DNA of 64,000 bases from Vicugna vicugna (taxonomy: Eukaryota): contig MU058337.1 in the NCBI GenBank assembly GCA_013265495.1, forward strand, positions 4,940,716-5,004,715, given 5' to 3'. The notes under the pieces are model-generated. The model had not been told where the DNA came from. It saw nothing but the letters and a program-made list of their open reading frames with translations, and did no database searches. Made by a program: the position numbers and the translations under genes. Shown here piece after piece: positions 27,108 through 39,530 of the stretch; the first letter of the stretch is position 1, and each line of letters opens with the position of its first letter.

Positions 27108-28150
27108 GTATTCATCCAAGAAATGTATATTTCTCCTTTATCTAGACCCGAGAGATGCCGTGGGGAGCAATATCATATATTTCAGTTTTCCTCGTGAAAC
27201 TTATAGTCCAGTTTGGAGGCAGACATCAATCATATAAGTGCCCAAAAAGATGTGGAATTAAGACTATGAATTACAGAGCAAAATGTTAACATCTGTTTTA
27301 TCTCAGTGGTGGGTACTTGAATGTAGTTTCTGTGCCTTTCTGTATCTCTTAATGTATTAGAATATTTCAAAATGATATAATTTTGATGTTTTAAAAAGTC
27401 TTCACCTATAAAGAGTGCTGCCATAAAAGCATTCAAAGGAGGAATCTGACCTTGTCTGAGGTGTCAGAAAAGTGCCCCAGAGAAAGTGTTGATGGGACCA
27501 AACTTGGGAAGGAGAAAAAGGAGTTAGCTAGGCAAAGGTGTGTGCACATGGGGGGGGTGTGCACAGGTGTACAAGAGGACATCTCTATGCAAGTGGGTGT
27601 ATTTGAGGCAGGGAAGGTTAAGGGAACAGGAGAAATGTGGGAGATTATGGGATGTTTGCAGGCCGCCCACAGTGACCCAGGTTTCAAGCTGTGTGCTGAG
27701 GATGGCGTAGGAACAGTACAAACCAAGGTCAGGCCAGTAGGATGGGCCCCACTGCTGCAGGGTGTGAGTCATTCCGCGGATGTTGGATGTTGGAGAGTTG
27801 CTGCTTAATTCTTGACCCAATGGATCCGATAGAGCAGGCACCCTGCAGGGGGGAAGACCACCTAGGAGAGGCCATGAGGGGCTGGACTGCTGCCGGCAGT
27901 GAAAATGGAAAAGCGAAAAGAGTGAGGGAGGTTGTGAAGACAGCATCTGTATGAATTGAGCAACTCATGAGGTGGAATAAAAAAGGCAAGCGTGGTGTTG
28001 GTCTTAGGGGACTGGTGCTGTTAACATCAGCAGTCACGTCAGGAGCTGACTTTTCTCTGAAATTGGTGGAGGTGGGGGAACTGAAGTGAAAATGACGCTG
28101 TAGGAAGTTTAAACTTAACTGTGTTAAATTTGTAATTTCGATGAGGGTTT
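27108..28150 (-). mobile_element. Degenerate L2 fragment(s), possibly interrupted by an L1ME piece at about 27270-27390
   Basis: cctcgtgaaacttatagtccagtttggaggcagacat followed by purine-rich, L2-like sequence. Confidence 0.5.
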
Positions 28151-28439
28151 CATGGGTAGAGATTTATTAGAAATGTGGCCAATGACAAAGTGGGAGAGAT
28201 CTTAATAGAGATTTTCAAGAAGTTTGGTCATTTTAACTGTATGTTATTGCTTTATATGATAGATTCAGCTCCAAGTATGCAGGATTGGGGGTTAGATATA
28301 ATCCTTGAAAACCCAGTTTTTTTTTAAAGATTAGTTTGCATTTTATTTTAGATTTTTAAGATGGTTTAGTTCAATTGTTCGATCTTTACAGGCCACATAA
28401 TTTAGTAGTTATGTGGGCAGGATCATGTTAACCCAGCTT

Positions 28440-28618
28440 TGCACGTATTAGTTATATGCTCTTTGTCCAATTACTCCCTTGTTCTGTGTCTCCACTTTCT
28501 CATCTTCAAAATGGGCTTCCTATGAAATAGGTTGTGGTGAAAATTCAGTGAGTTGGTCCTGGCCCCTGAAAAGAACACAATCAATGTTATCATGGTTTCT
28601 AAAAATAATAATAATAAT
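28440..28618 (+). mobile_element. MIR fragment
   Basis: ctgtgtctccactttctcatcttcaaaatggg...taggttgtggtgaaaattcagtgag...aataataataataat. Confidence 0.55.
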
Positions 28619-28764
28619 GTGAAACTGGATAAACAGAAATCAATTTGGTTTTCTTTTCTTGAAATTAAATAAGAACTCAAAAACACAACTTCATATTTTA
28701 CTTGTGCATTTCTTGTCAGAAGTGAGGTGCGGTCAGAACTCAGGCTCTCAGCCTCATGCTCTCC

Positions 28765-29135
28765 AGATTCACTCGTGGGGTCACAAATGGCAGGATGTCC
28801 TCGTTTTTTATGGCTGGGTAACATTCCATTGTGTATATACACCACAGTTTTTATCCCTTCATCTACTGGTGAACACTGAGGTTGTTCCTGTGCCTTGGCT
28901 ACTGTGAACGATGCTGTGATGGACATGGGGGTGCAGATATCTTTTTGGGACCCTGACTCATTTCCTTTGCAGATACGCCCAGAAGGGAGATTGCTGGATC
29001 ATATTCCTAGTTTTCATTTTTGAGGAACCTCCATCCCATTTCCCACAGTGACTGCATCAATTTTACATTCCTGCCAACAAGGCACAGAGGTTCCCTTTTT
29101 TCCACATCCTGGCTGATGCTTGTTCTCTCTTATCT
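28765..29135 (-). mobile_element. L1 ORF2 C-terminal fragment (degraded)
   Basis: Minus-strand peptides SITASFTVAKAQEQPQCSPVDEGIKTVVYI and GCGKKGTSVPCWQECK resemble the L1 ORF2 C-terminus (FIAALFTIAKTWKQPKCP...; GCGEKGTLLHCWWECK). Frameshifted. Confidence 0.88.
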
Positions 29136-31046
29136 TTTTTGTTAGTAGAAAAAACCAAAAGACAAGGGCTCTCCCTGTGTAAGTGTGAAGGAACTTGTGT
29201 CTTTTTATTGCCTTGCCTGACCTACTTAATTCAAGTCCAGACACTATAGTAGCTAAAATACAGGAATACTAAAAATAAGTGATTTGGAACATAAAGGCTT
29301 TGCAGAAAAATTGTCAATCTCTAAAATGCTCTGTATGTTTTCATGGCAACTGAGAAGCCCCACCCCTACTCCTGCCTTTCTCACTTTTATTCCCTTCTTT
29401 TTCTGTACAACTTATTTTCAGCACAGGAATAAATAGGATGCAGCAAAACTAGAAGTCCTCGGTCCTACTTAAAGCGTCAAGAGCCTAGTCAAATCTTATT
29501 GTGGGACGGGCAGAGTAAGACACAAGAGTAATTTTTTTTCACTAATGCACATCTTAGAATTACGTGGTTTTAAAAGTTATATACTACAGATCAAGGAACA
29601 TGCAAATAATTACTTAGATGTTTCTTTTTAAAATCCTGCTCTTCCAAAAGCACCTGTATTCTGAGGTGCTGGATGGTACTGAGGCTGTGATGCTGCGCTG
29701 TTCATGCGTGACTCTCCAGGTGTTCTTCAACACCAGAGTATCTTTGAAGAAAATCTGTGTGCCATGGAATCATTTTAAAAATGATCAGTTATATCAGATG
29801 CACATAGAAACAGATGCTGTCGTTCTTTTTAATTTCTTGAGGACTAAACAAAAGGCTAAGGATATCTGTTTTGAGTAGCTTCTTTGTTTTTGCATTTTTA
29901 GGGGGTTCACCTGTTTGCAAATCCATATTTTTATGTTAATTTAAAGTCACTCTGTTTCATCATTCTGTAACATCCTACTGTTCTGACAGCATAATTGTGT
30001 TTGCATGTCCCATTCAGGGGTTGTGGGGAGATGCCGGTTGCCATGGGGAGGATTCTGTTGTCCTCCATCAAATAGGATCAGGAGATGGGAACAACCTTTC
30101 AAAACCACATGCAAATATTTATTTTCAAAGGTACAACCCGGCTCTCTGTGAAGCCCCAGGTCACTAGCATGGCTATCTTCTCGATGAGTCATCTAATGAG
30201 AAGTCTGTTACCATATAATATCCCTTTTGGTTTTAGTACACTTCTGCTGTCCTCAACCTCAAGCCATTTTGGCCAAGAATCCAAATCCATATTGTATAAT
30301 TGTACAGTTTTTTTAGTTACATAATTTATATAAGTCAGTAGGGCTATGTGTTCAATGTCTCTGATTTGTCCAGATGATGGCCAGAGAGGAGAGGTTTGCT
30401 CCTGGGCCTTGCCCTGAGAGCAGGAGTTGATTTTCCCACTTCCTGTGGACCACACATGAGTACCACAGGGGCTTCCACCCAGCTGGGGTGGCCCTTTAGA
30501 CATCAAGGAAACGTCCTCCGTGTGGGGGCTTTTTCTAAGGATGTGTACCAAATGTTAGTATGACTTTTTTTTTAATATAGAGTTTTCACATTTTGGGATT
30601 ATTTGTCAAATAAAGTAAAAAGAAAAATCCATTAAAAAAGCCTTTAATAAGGTTTCTTAAAGCCAGAAGTTTGTAAAACTCTTCTCCTGCCATCCTGAAT
30701 AATATTAAACTCTTAAACTAGTTAGTTTAGGACTTAATAATTAAAGGAACAGATTAAGTAGCTTAATTGTTTTAACTAATAATTTGAATACACGCATATT
30801 AGTTTCATATAATGACCTGTGGTCTGCAGTGGAGAAATGCCAGCTTAAGACTACGTTTTCTCCACCTTCTGTGATTAGCCTATTTCAGGTTGGATAAATA
30901 CGGAGGAATCTGGGAAACGTGACATAAAAGGTGCTACTTCTATAAAATACCCTCTTACTTCTGAAAAAGAAAGAAAAGAAACAGAAAAGAAAAAAGTTCT
31001 GCTGTGACACGTTGTGAGGCTCATGACCACTCTGTTTGCCTTTCAG

Positions 31047-31157
31047 ATCCCCAGCTCAAGGGTATAGTGACCAGGTTATATTGCAGGCAAGGCTACTACT
31101 TGCAAATGCACCCGGATGGAGCTCTCGATGGGACCAAGGACGACAGCACCAATTCTA
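31047..31157 (+). CDS. FGF14: FGF14 (FHF4) coding exon 2, 111 nt, phase 1 to phase 1
   Basis: Acceptor ctctgtttgcctttcag|AT and donor CTA|gtaagt. Translates to (D)[36 protein letters not shown](T), the start of the FHF beta-trefoil core. [26 protein letters not shown] points to FGF14 rather than FGF11/12/13. Confidence 0.97.
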
Positions 31158-34100
31158 GTAAGTGACGACCGCAGGCCGCCGTTGACACACAATCGGTAGA
31201 AGATGCGCTGCTCCCTAAATGACGTTTAAAAATACGCTTGCAAATGCTAGATTATGCTCGTTCATTTTTATGAACGTCACACACTAGAATGCCTTTTACA
31301 ATTTTACTTGGACCACATGAATGGAAATACTGATAGAGCATCAAAAGAAACCTGTCATTTTCAGAGAATGATAAGTTAATCTTTCCAGTTGTTTTTTTCC
31401 TCCAACAATTGTCATAGCCAGCATGTTACTTTAATCTCATTATCATCAAAGTCAAGTAAGTACACTAGTGCATTCAGATGGAAGTTGATTACATGGTTAC
31501 TTGGGAAGTTTTATCTTTATTAGGCCTGTAGCTTTTCATGATAATTGTGGAAATTCAAGAGATACACGGATTAGCTGTTTCAAATAATAGAAATGTTGTT
31601 TTTCAGGTTCTTTGTGTTCAACAAGAAAGGATAATACCTTTCTTTGTAGAGAGAACACGGAGCCTGTGTGCTTTTAAATACAGTGTGCACGCTGTTTAAC
31701 TGTCTTATAGGATTGGGTCGGTGCTAACTTTTTAAACTCAAGAAGCCACCCACCTTCCATTGTTTTAATGTCTGTCTTCATTTTACTATTTCTTCATACA
31801 TAACTTTGCTTTTTTTATTCTAGGGTCCCTCTTACTCGGTTGTCCATGTTTTCCTTTCTCCTTTTCTGTTCGTACTGGCATCTGATGCCCGTTAATGTAG
31901 CACATCAGTTCTAAGATAGACGCACATTTTATTGCTCAGGAGACTTAGTGAAAAGCAAAACCTGATTTTATTGGAACTATTTCATGAAATATTACTAGTG
32001 GGTCAGGAGCAGATCTGAATCTTTTCATTGACTGATCATTTATCCTTCACATGCAGAACATCATTCCACGGAAGGAAGGAGGCTTTGAATAAACATAACC
32101 AAAGTATAGGCACTTTCTGCTTTAAATTCTAAATTCTAGTAATCGACTGTTCAGAAGCACTGATTCTGAGGACAGCTTATAATATAGACTATTTCTGCAT
32201 TTGGCGTTGCTAAGTGAAATGTCAATATTTGCCCAGCCATTGTGTTTATTTTTTTAGACTTTAGACATTATTTTTTATTTTTCTTTCAGCTTTACATCTT
32301 TCTTTGTTTATCTACATTTTCCTCCAATTCAATTTTTAATCTTTTCCTCTCTTTGTTTCTATCATGTTGTCCTTTTGTACTTTAAGATATCCTCTATCAC
32401 ATTTCTTCATTGAATTTTTTTTTGCTTTATTTCTTCTTTTGATTTAGAAAAAGAGGAGATAAAGCAATTCAGACACAGGGAAGAAAGAGAAGACATTTTT
32501 ATTTATAAGACAGAAGTCAGACATTGTTTTGTTGGTGGGATTTTGATATTAAGTTATTTAAACTTTTAAAATCATTAAAATCGACCATCTTTGCCCATGA
32601 AAGATGTCAGTTTCTTCTGGTTTATTTCAATACATGTATTTAACTCCTCACTCATTCTTTGACAAAAGACATCCTCTTTCCCTTGTGTCTTATAGTTGTG
32701 GGGGCCTCAGCCTTCAGGGAGTCATAAGTTCTGATGTCTTCAGTGTTCTCTGGTTTTCTCTGGCCGTAGTCTTGGGGAGCATGACAACCAGTTTTCTGTA
32801 GCTCTGATCACGATAAGAGCCATGACACTGATTTCTCAGCCTGGAGGTTGACGTCATAATACAAAAGTTTTCAAGAAAAGAAATGAATTCTAGCCATATG
32901 GAAGTGCTGCTTAATTGGACATCTTGGAAAAGTAATTTCCTTCAAACAAACGTTTGATGAGTTTTCTTCCTACCTTCTCCCTCAGTTTTTGTAACGCCAG
33001 ACAAGTTGGTTCTTCTTAATGGTGGCATCAATATTGAGTTAAGAAGTGTTGGGTAGATTGTCTCTTTTAAAAGCATATTGATTCCGAATTGAATAAGCAG
33101 CACTGTATTTTCTAAACTGTGAAAGTGCAGATGCAGACATTAGACACATACACGATTTCTTCTGGCTGTCTGCGTCATACTAAATGCCCAGCTGGAAAGC
33201 TGAGATACTAAAAGGTGCTCGACCTTCTGTTCTCTACACGAATGAAGCTTCTTTCCTCCGGTTGTGTATCTGCACTAGAGGAACAAGAATCTCTGAGTAG
33301 CTCATGAAATCCTTTCTAATCTCCCTCAGTGCAAGGGAGGAACAGCTCTGGGAACGAAGCAGGAACAGGAGCCCCAGTGAACAAGCAAATCAGAGCCAAA
33401 TCATAGTGACCTCTCTGCAGGGACTTAGAGTCCTATGCAAAGATCTGGCCCAGAGTCCCTTTTCTTACAAGTTGCCATTACACTTTATGTGCCCTTTAAG
33501 CCAGTGAGGTTAGTTTTATCGCCATTTCAACATTGACAAAGACAAAGCAGAACAGAATAAAACAGGCTGGATAAGTGTTCCCTCCTCAAAAGGTTATAAA
33601 AATTATAAGACTATAAAATTCAATAAAACTTGGCAGGATGATAGCAGCTTTATAAATGCAGTGGGAATTGCTAATTAACTCTACTTTTGTGTACTATCAC
33701 CATTTTAATTGAAAAACACAGGTTTTTAGGACACATTTCAAGGTATTTTCTTTTCTCTGCTTCATTACAGTAGTCTCATAAATCCCCAGGAAATCGTGAG
33801 CTCTGAAACATGTCCTTTAGAAATGGAGGTGAGCTGACAGACAGACACACAGGTCCTAATACAACGCTGCCCTTTCTGCCTGAGGAATGGTGTGATGTCA
33901 TAATTCACAAACACATTCCCGTTTTCTGATAATTCTCTGAATACACAGCAAGGATTTGTCATCCAAAGATAGGAAAAATAAAGAGAAATAACTTAAAAGT
34001 CACCAAATAACAAAACTGAGGCTTGAATTTTCAAATCTGTGTGATTTGAGATCCATACATATCCCACGACTAAATATGAGGTTACGCAGAACCAGGTCAA

Positions 34101-37087
34101 GTCAGAAGCACCCTGCTAAGCTGCCTTTGTCAAAAAGTTTAGATGTGTGGAGAAGAGGGTGAAAGCCAAGCGGACGAACTGGATACTCATATCCTCCCAG
34201 GATTTCCAGCCTGAGATCTAGAAACCCCTGGGAGGAGAAATGGCAAGAAAATCATGGGTGATAAATAATTGGTCCTAATAGAGACGTCTTGAAGCAACTC
34301 ACCTGCTCGCCATTGGCTTCCACGTGCCCTGGAAAGATCTCTCACAAAAGGAAGTGAGCGCTCGGGTCTCTTCCTCACCGCACTCATGTTCAGGGCTGGT
34401 TCCTTTAAAATTCATAGAGCTCCCCATCAACCCACTATAGGCCAGCGGTCCCACGAGCTCTGGCATTTGACTGGGGAGTGGTTTTCTTCCCCAGTTTGCT
34501 TTTGGGGGTGCCGTGGGGTTTTCCTGTGCTCTTAAACTTCACTGTTCCTATTAGTAGACTTAATAAATATTGCACGCAGAAGAGGACTATGGAAATGGCC
34601 ACGTGCTAGTGCCTATCACAGTATTAAAGTCCCTCTCACCTTAGACATTCGCAACCTGATAACTCGATGTGTAAAATGACCAGTCCCTGGCAGTGCCCAC
34701 TACTCCACAGGCCTTAAGAAGGCGGTTCTCACCTTGGCTGTAGGTTAGAGTCCCTTGAGAAGCTTTTTTAAAAAAAAATTCCTTACATCCTAAACCCACT
34801 CGCAGAGACTCTGATGTTATCTCATCAGTCTGGGGTGGGGAATGGCTATCCTATTTTATGAACACAGCTGGTTTTAAAGTGCAGCCGGGATTGAGATTCA
34901 CTATTATTTAGAGACTAGTATGTTCCACAGAATAAACAAAGTAGCGTGAACTTCTTCATTATTCTTACATCCTCAGGCTCTGGGACATTGCTTTGTAATT
35001 ATGTTAAACACAGAAAGAGTGAACACCATAATGTTTCAATTAATGTGGGCGTCTGTGGTTCTAATTAACACCATGGGTCTATCGTGGTCAGCTCTGAGTG
35101 GGCTTCCACGTTACAGTGGTTACATGGATTCACTCTGTTATCATCCTGTAAATGGTCCTGACTATTATTTTATAATTCAGGTCCCAACCAAAATCCTGGG
35201 GTGGGGGATGGTATTTTTTAAGGCAGTTATTTTAGATTATCTTCTATAATCTTACTCCTTCCTGTACTATGTTATTTTAGTGAGTGCATGATGCACTTAC
35301 GTTCTAGAATTATTCCACCTGGCCTACATCAAACATGTGGTGCCTACAAATACCATTAGCAGCGTGTGAAGGTTAGAATACTGAAGTTTGAATAAGTTAG
35401 TTTGCACGGGCAGACATACAATTGTAGTTTTCAAAAAAAAATAACACTTATGCACATAAATCAGGAATGATCCTATGATGCCCATCCTTTCAAAATACTT
35501 GGGAGATGGGACAGTTTAGGTGTCCTAGAAAAGAGTGAAAATGGCCAGTGGCTTTCTCCCATGAAGAAGAAATACTGAGCATTACTATGACTCAAGGACC
35601 TGATGTTACTCAATGGGTCCACACTCACGTTTGATATTAAATAATAGGAATAAGCAAACACAAGCTTTATTCTTCCATGAGTGTGTCATAAGCCCCTAGC
35701 ATCCTATAGACGACAGTCCAATGTTAGTTTGCATCATGAAAACTAATATCCATCTCACTATGTACACCCCTGAGTATTCTCGTAGGGACAGTTGTCTAGG
35801 ACCATGGCCTGCCATTGTCCTTTCATCATCTGGGTAGCACAGGCATCTTGAGATCTTGAGATCAGTAACGTAGCAATTGGGAGGGAAACGGAGAAACGTG
35901 TACCTCGGAATTAAATAGAACACAATTTAGAAAGTCCATTTTAAATTATGTACTGAATAGACCTATAGATTGAAGTCAAAATTGCCCACATTTCTCAAAT
36001 TATTTATCTTTTGTGGAATACAGTTGAGAGCCTAAACCTAAGATATTTGATTTATACATTTACTTTGACATTTTAGTGCTTTCACTGCCTATTCTGGCCT
36101 GGCAATGAGTCCTATTAGTTAGAATTAGATTTGAGTTAACATTTGAATGGGAGCAGATAACCTCAGTGTGGATAATTAACAGTTCTCTTATAAGTGTATC
36201 TATGATAAAATCTCCAAAATCGTCCAGCAGGTATCATCACCAAGAATCATGCTAGAACACCCATGAGATGGTCACACATAACCCTGGCATGGAAACGGAT
36301 TATTAAGGATGTTAAGACTTTAAAAAAATTAATTATAACATTGCTATCTACACCAAGTGAAATGTACATAAAAATACTTTTTTGTCAATACGAGAAGAAA
36401 CAAATCATGGAAACACAAGTTTTGATGTCTCAGATGGATGGAATTGAACACTGTTCCCTCTTTAGTTTTCACTTATAGTTTTATGAAAATTTAATAAGGA
36501 AAATGATCTGTCTAGAATTTGCATGCCATTCAGTTTGATTAGTTCTTTCTAAATTCAGCACATTGGCAGGTGCACATCTTTTCTGAGCTCTGCTGGCGTA
36601 TTATGTTGGTTCCGCAAGAGTAATTTAGTTTTGGAATTACCTGTTTGACTTCTGGCCTGTCCTACATTGCGATGATGAAGCAGACCTTCTGCCTAAAAGA
36701 TCAGAACAAACAAAAAAACATTTAACGTGGGCTTTTGTAATTCTGCTCTTTTAGAACCTTCACCGCTGATTTCTTTTTGTATCAAATGGTGTCAGAGGCT
36801 ACGATGCTAGAATCACCATCACAGGCTGGATTCTGCTCATCATCCCGCCAGCTCCCCAGGCTGCCGTAGGGAGACTGCTAAGGTCTGCACATTGAGCTCC
36901 CGTGCTAATTTTACTCACGACAGAAACTTCTGAATTATACAGAGAAATCAAAGTTAGTAAGTTGGAACTTCTCAGAAGGTTGTAACAGACATGATGTTTC
37001 TTAAATAGAAGAGGTGGAAGAAAGGGAAGTGGTGCTGCCTGTTGCTCGGTCCTGCCCGTTGGTGACAGACGGCGTTTCTCTTTACAG
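31158..37087 (+). other. FGF14: FGF14 intron 2 (5930 nt, GT-AG)
   Basis: Runs gtaagt...ttacag between the two recognised exons. Confidence 0.95.
34718..34905. mobile_element. MER5-type hAT-Charlie DNA transposon
   Basis: gcggttctcaccttggctgtaggttagagtccct...agagactctgat...gtctggggtgggg...gtgcagccgggattgagattcact. Confidence 0.7.
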
Positions 37088-37191
37088 CACTGTTCAACCT
37101 CATACCCGTGGGCCTGCGCGTCGTCGCCATCCAGGGCGTGAAGACAGGGTTGTACATAGCCATGAATGGAGAAGGTTACCTCTACCCGTCA
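37088..37191 (+). CDS. FGF14: FGF14 coding exon 3, 104 nt, phase 1 to phase 0
   Basis: Acceptor cgtttctctttacag|CA and donor TCA|gtaagt. Translates to (T)[34 protein letters not shown] and splices in frame to exon 2. Partly visible in ORF 37108..37521. Confidence 0.97.
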
Positions 37192-37999
37192 GTAAGTAAC
37201 AGGCCCAGGTGCTGGCCGTTCGTGCGATGTCTGCAAAATAGCAACAGCAACCACCACAAAGATGAGAACGTTCTCTGTCTGGTGACCCCTTCATCTTTGC
37301 TGCAGTATTTGACCTTTACTATGATGCTGCAGGGGCTGTTAATTCATTATTCATCAGTGTTTGATAACATTAATCTATCAAGCAGAAGAGTCATATTATC
37401 TCTAAAAATTGTGCGTTTGCATATTTTAAATGTCCCAGTTCACAGAAAATTGAGCGATTGTGAAAGAGTTGCTGTTCCTATAATCTTTTTTTATTTCTAT
37501 TTAGAAAGGTACCTGTCTTAGGGAGTTTCTTGTGAAAGATTATTTTATATAAAGAAACAGAATTAATGGGAATCCTGAAAAAGAAAATTCGGGAGACAGT
37601 AGTTTTTCTAAAACTAAGAATTCAAATTGTATAAATGTTTTACTGGGAAAATACTTCTGATATCAAAATGTATATTGCATTTCAATTAAAGCCAGTCTCT
37701 GTTTTGAGTTAATGTGTATTAGAAGCTGAGCGCTTTTCCAGCCCCTTCTGGAATATTTACTGTTTACAAATAATCCACATTCTGATTAGCCATAGGTTAC
37801 AGTGCGGTTAGAATTCGTTTCTGCCACAGGTCCAAGCAATGGAGACTTGGATGAAAATACTTCTTTCCTCTATTCTTTGATCAAAAATTGACAGATGATA
37901 GTCATAGAGCCTCAGAGAAAATAATCTTATTTGGGTTTGCATGCCATCTTCATATAAATTCTTAAAAACTGTTGTTGCGAAATACCATCCTCAAAAAAC

Positions 38000-38018
38000 T
38001 ACACGTAAACACACACAC

Positions 38019-38053
<35 letters not shown>
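38000..38053. repeat. Interrupted (AC)n microsatellite
   Basis: acacgtaaacacacacacattttacacacac... Confidence 0.95.
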
Positions 38054-38055
<2 letters not shown>

Positions 38056-39294
38056 CAAAACTGAAGCAGAGCAGAAGTGTTCTCTGGGGCCTCCCATGAA
38101 ATGTGATATGTTTTCTTTAGCAAATCCGGGAAATCCTGTCACAGAACATGAAATGTGAGCTGTGGATTCCCTTTGTGGTGAGCTAGGAAAGGCTCCTGTC
38201 ACTTTGGAACCTTCCTCTGAGTTCCATGAAGGGTGTTCCAGCCCGTGGACCTGGGCCCCACATTGTGCAAATTGCATTTTGTTGGCCAAGATGAATGTTT
38301 AACATATTGGGAGCAAAATGGAGCTAGAATTCCCTCTCTCCTTTAGGAAAAACTCGATTCAGATAATGATCATTTTCTAGAGATGCCCTATTTCAGATAA
38401 AAGTCAATTTCATTGATTTGACATTTGTTTCATTATTTTTATTTGTTTCTCTTTCCCCCAAGTAATCTCTGAGATGCCTAAAAATCGTTAGATGCGGTCT
38501 CTGCCGCAGCCTCTAGGTCTGTGTCTGCTGATGATTTTATCACGTTGTTGTGCTCTGGGGTGTGCATTGATGTCAGGGGAAATGTAAATGTTTGTTTCAT
38601 CTTTTTGCTTCTGAGGGAGATGCTTTCTATTTTTGTGATGGAATTGCACACATGTGCCATTTTTTTAAAGGTAGGGAATGTCATCGTGAGTACGTGTCTG
38701 GTTGTGTTCGGTGCGGTGTAAATGGTGCAGTGGGGGTAGACGTGAGGAAGGCACTGACTGCCCAGTCCTCTATCCTCTGCACCTTAAATGTGGCCTTTCC
38801 GCCCAAGAATCAGATCTGTGGGCAACAGCACCGGCCCCAGGATTTGTCCCACTAGCAGCATCAGACTTATCATCTGACTCATCGTTTTCCTCTCTCACCT
38901 CCCTGACTGTCCAGTCACTTAGCTTCTGAGCCTCCCTTTTGGTGCCTTGAATCTCTGATTTGCAGACCTTGGCTTTCTCCTCTTCTCATTTTTGACTCTC
39001 TGCTCTGAACCCAGGACCTGGTAAGGGGCACTCTCTTTACTCAGCCCTACCTAAAGAGGTCCCGCTGCCCAGGCCAGGCCCTTAGAATCTTCAGCATCTT
39101 GCGGGAGGAGGATTTAGATAAAAATCGAATGTGATTTCGACTTTTTACTAGCATTCTCTAGTTAAAGTGCTCTGTTTATTTCAATGTAATGAAATTCAAA
39201 TATTTCAGTAAAAACAATGTTTTCCCACATTCAGTCATTTATTCCACAATTAGCTACTGAGAGCCTACTAAAATAATAATATAACAGCTGCTAT

Positions 39295-39530
39295 AACATA
39301 TAATAATAATAATGGTTAGTATTGAAGCACTCTGCCTGGTACTCTTCTAAGCATGTTACAGTCTTAGCTCATTTAATTCTCCCAATTTATTAAGCAAATA
39401 CCATTAAAATGATAATGCCAGTGTACAGAGAGCTTACGAATCTGTGCGGTCGGTCACCCAGGTAGTAGTCAGTGAAGGCAGAGTTCAAGCATCGTTAGTC
39501 GGACTCATTAACTGTGTTTCACTCCACCGC
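39295..39530 (-). mobile_element. MIR SINE
   Basis: aataataataatggttagtattgaagcactctgcctggtactcttctaagcatgttaca...ctcatttaattctc...ggtcacccaggtagt...ggcagagttcaa. Confidence 0.75.

Larger units (their letters stand above)
1..31046 (+). other. FGF14: 3' part of FGF14 intron 1
   Basis: Lies upstream of the exon 2 acceptor. No exon 1A (MAAAIASGLIRQKR...) or exon 1B sequence and no CpG island found in the window. Confidence 0.85.

Noticed and set aside
28471..29244. Minus-strand ORFs of 151 aa and 76 aa
   Set aside because: Frameshifted remnants of the L1 ORF2 C-terminus running into MIR or unique sequence; not a gene.
30963..30997. A/G-rich tract upstream of exon 2 as an orthologue of the SCA27B GAA repeat
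   Set aside because: Short irregular gaaaa tract rather than (GAA)n. The human disease repeat lies deep in intron 1 of the 1B isoform, far from exon 2.
37108..37521. 137-aa ORF as a standalone gene or extended exon
   Set aside because: Only the first part is FGF14 exon 3. The rest is read-through past a perfect gtaagt donor, and the start is a GTG, not an ATG.
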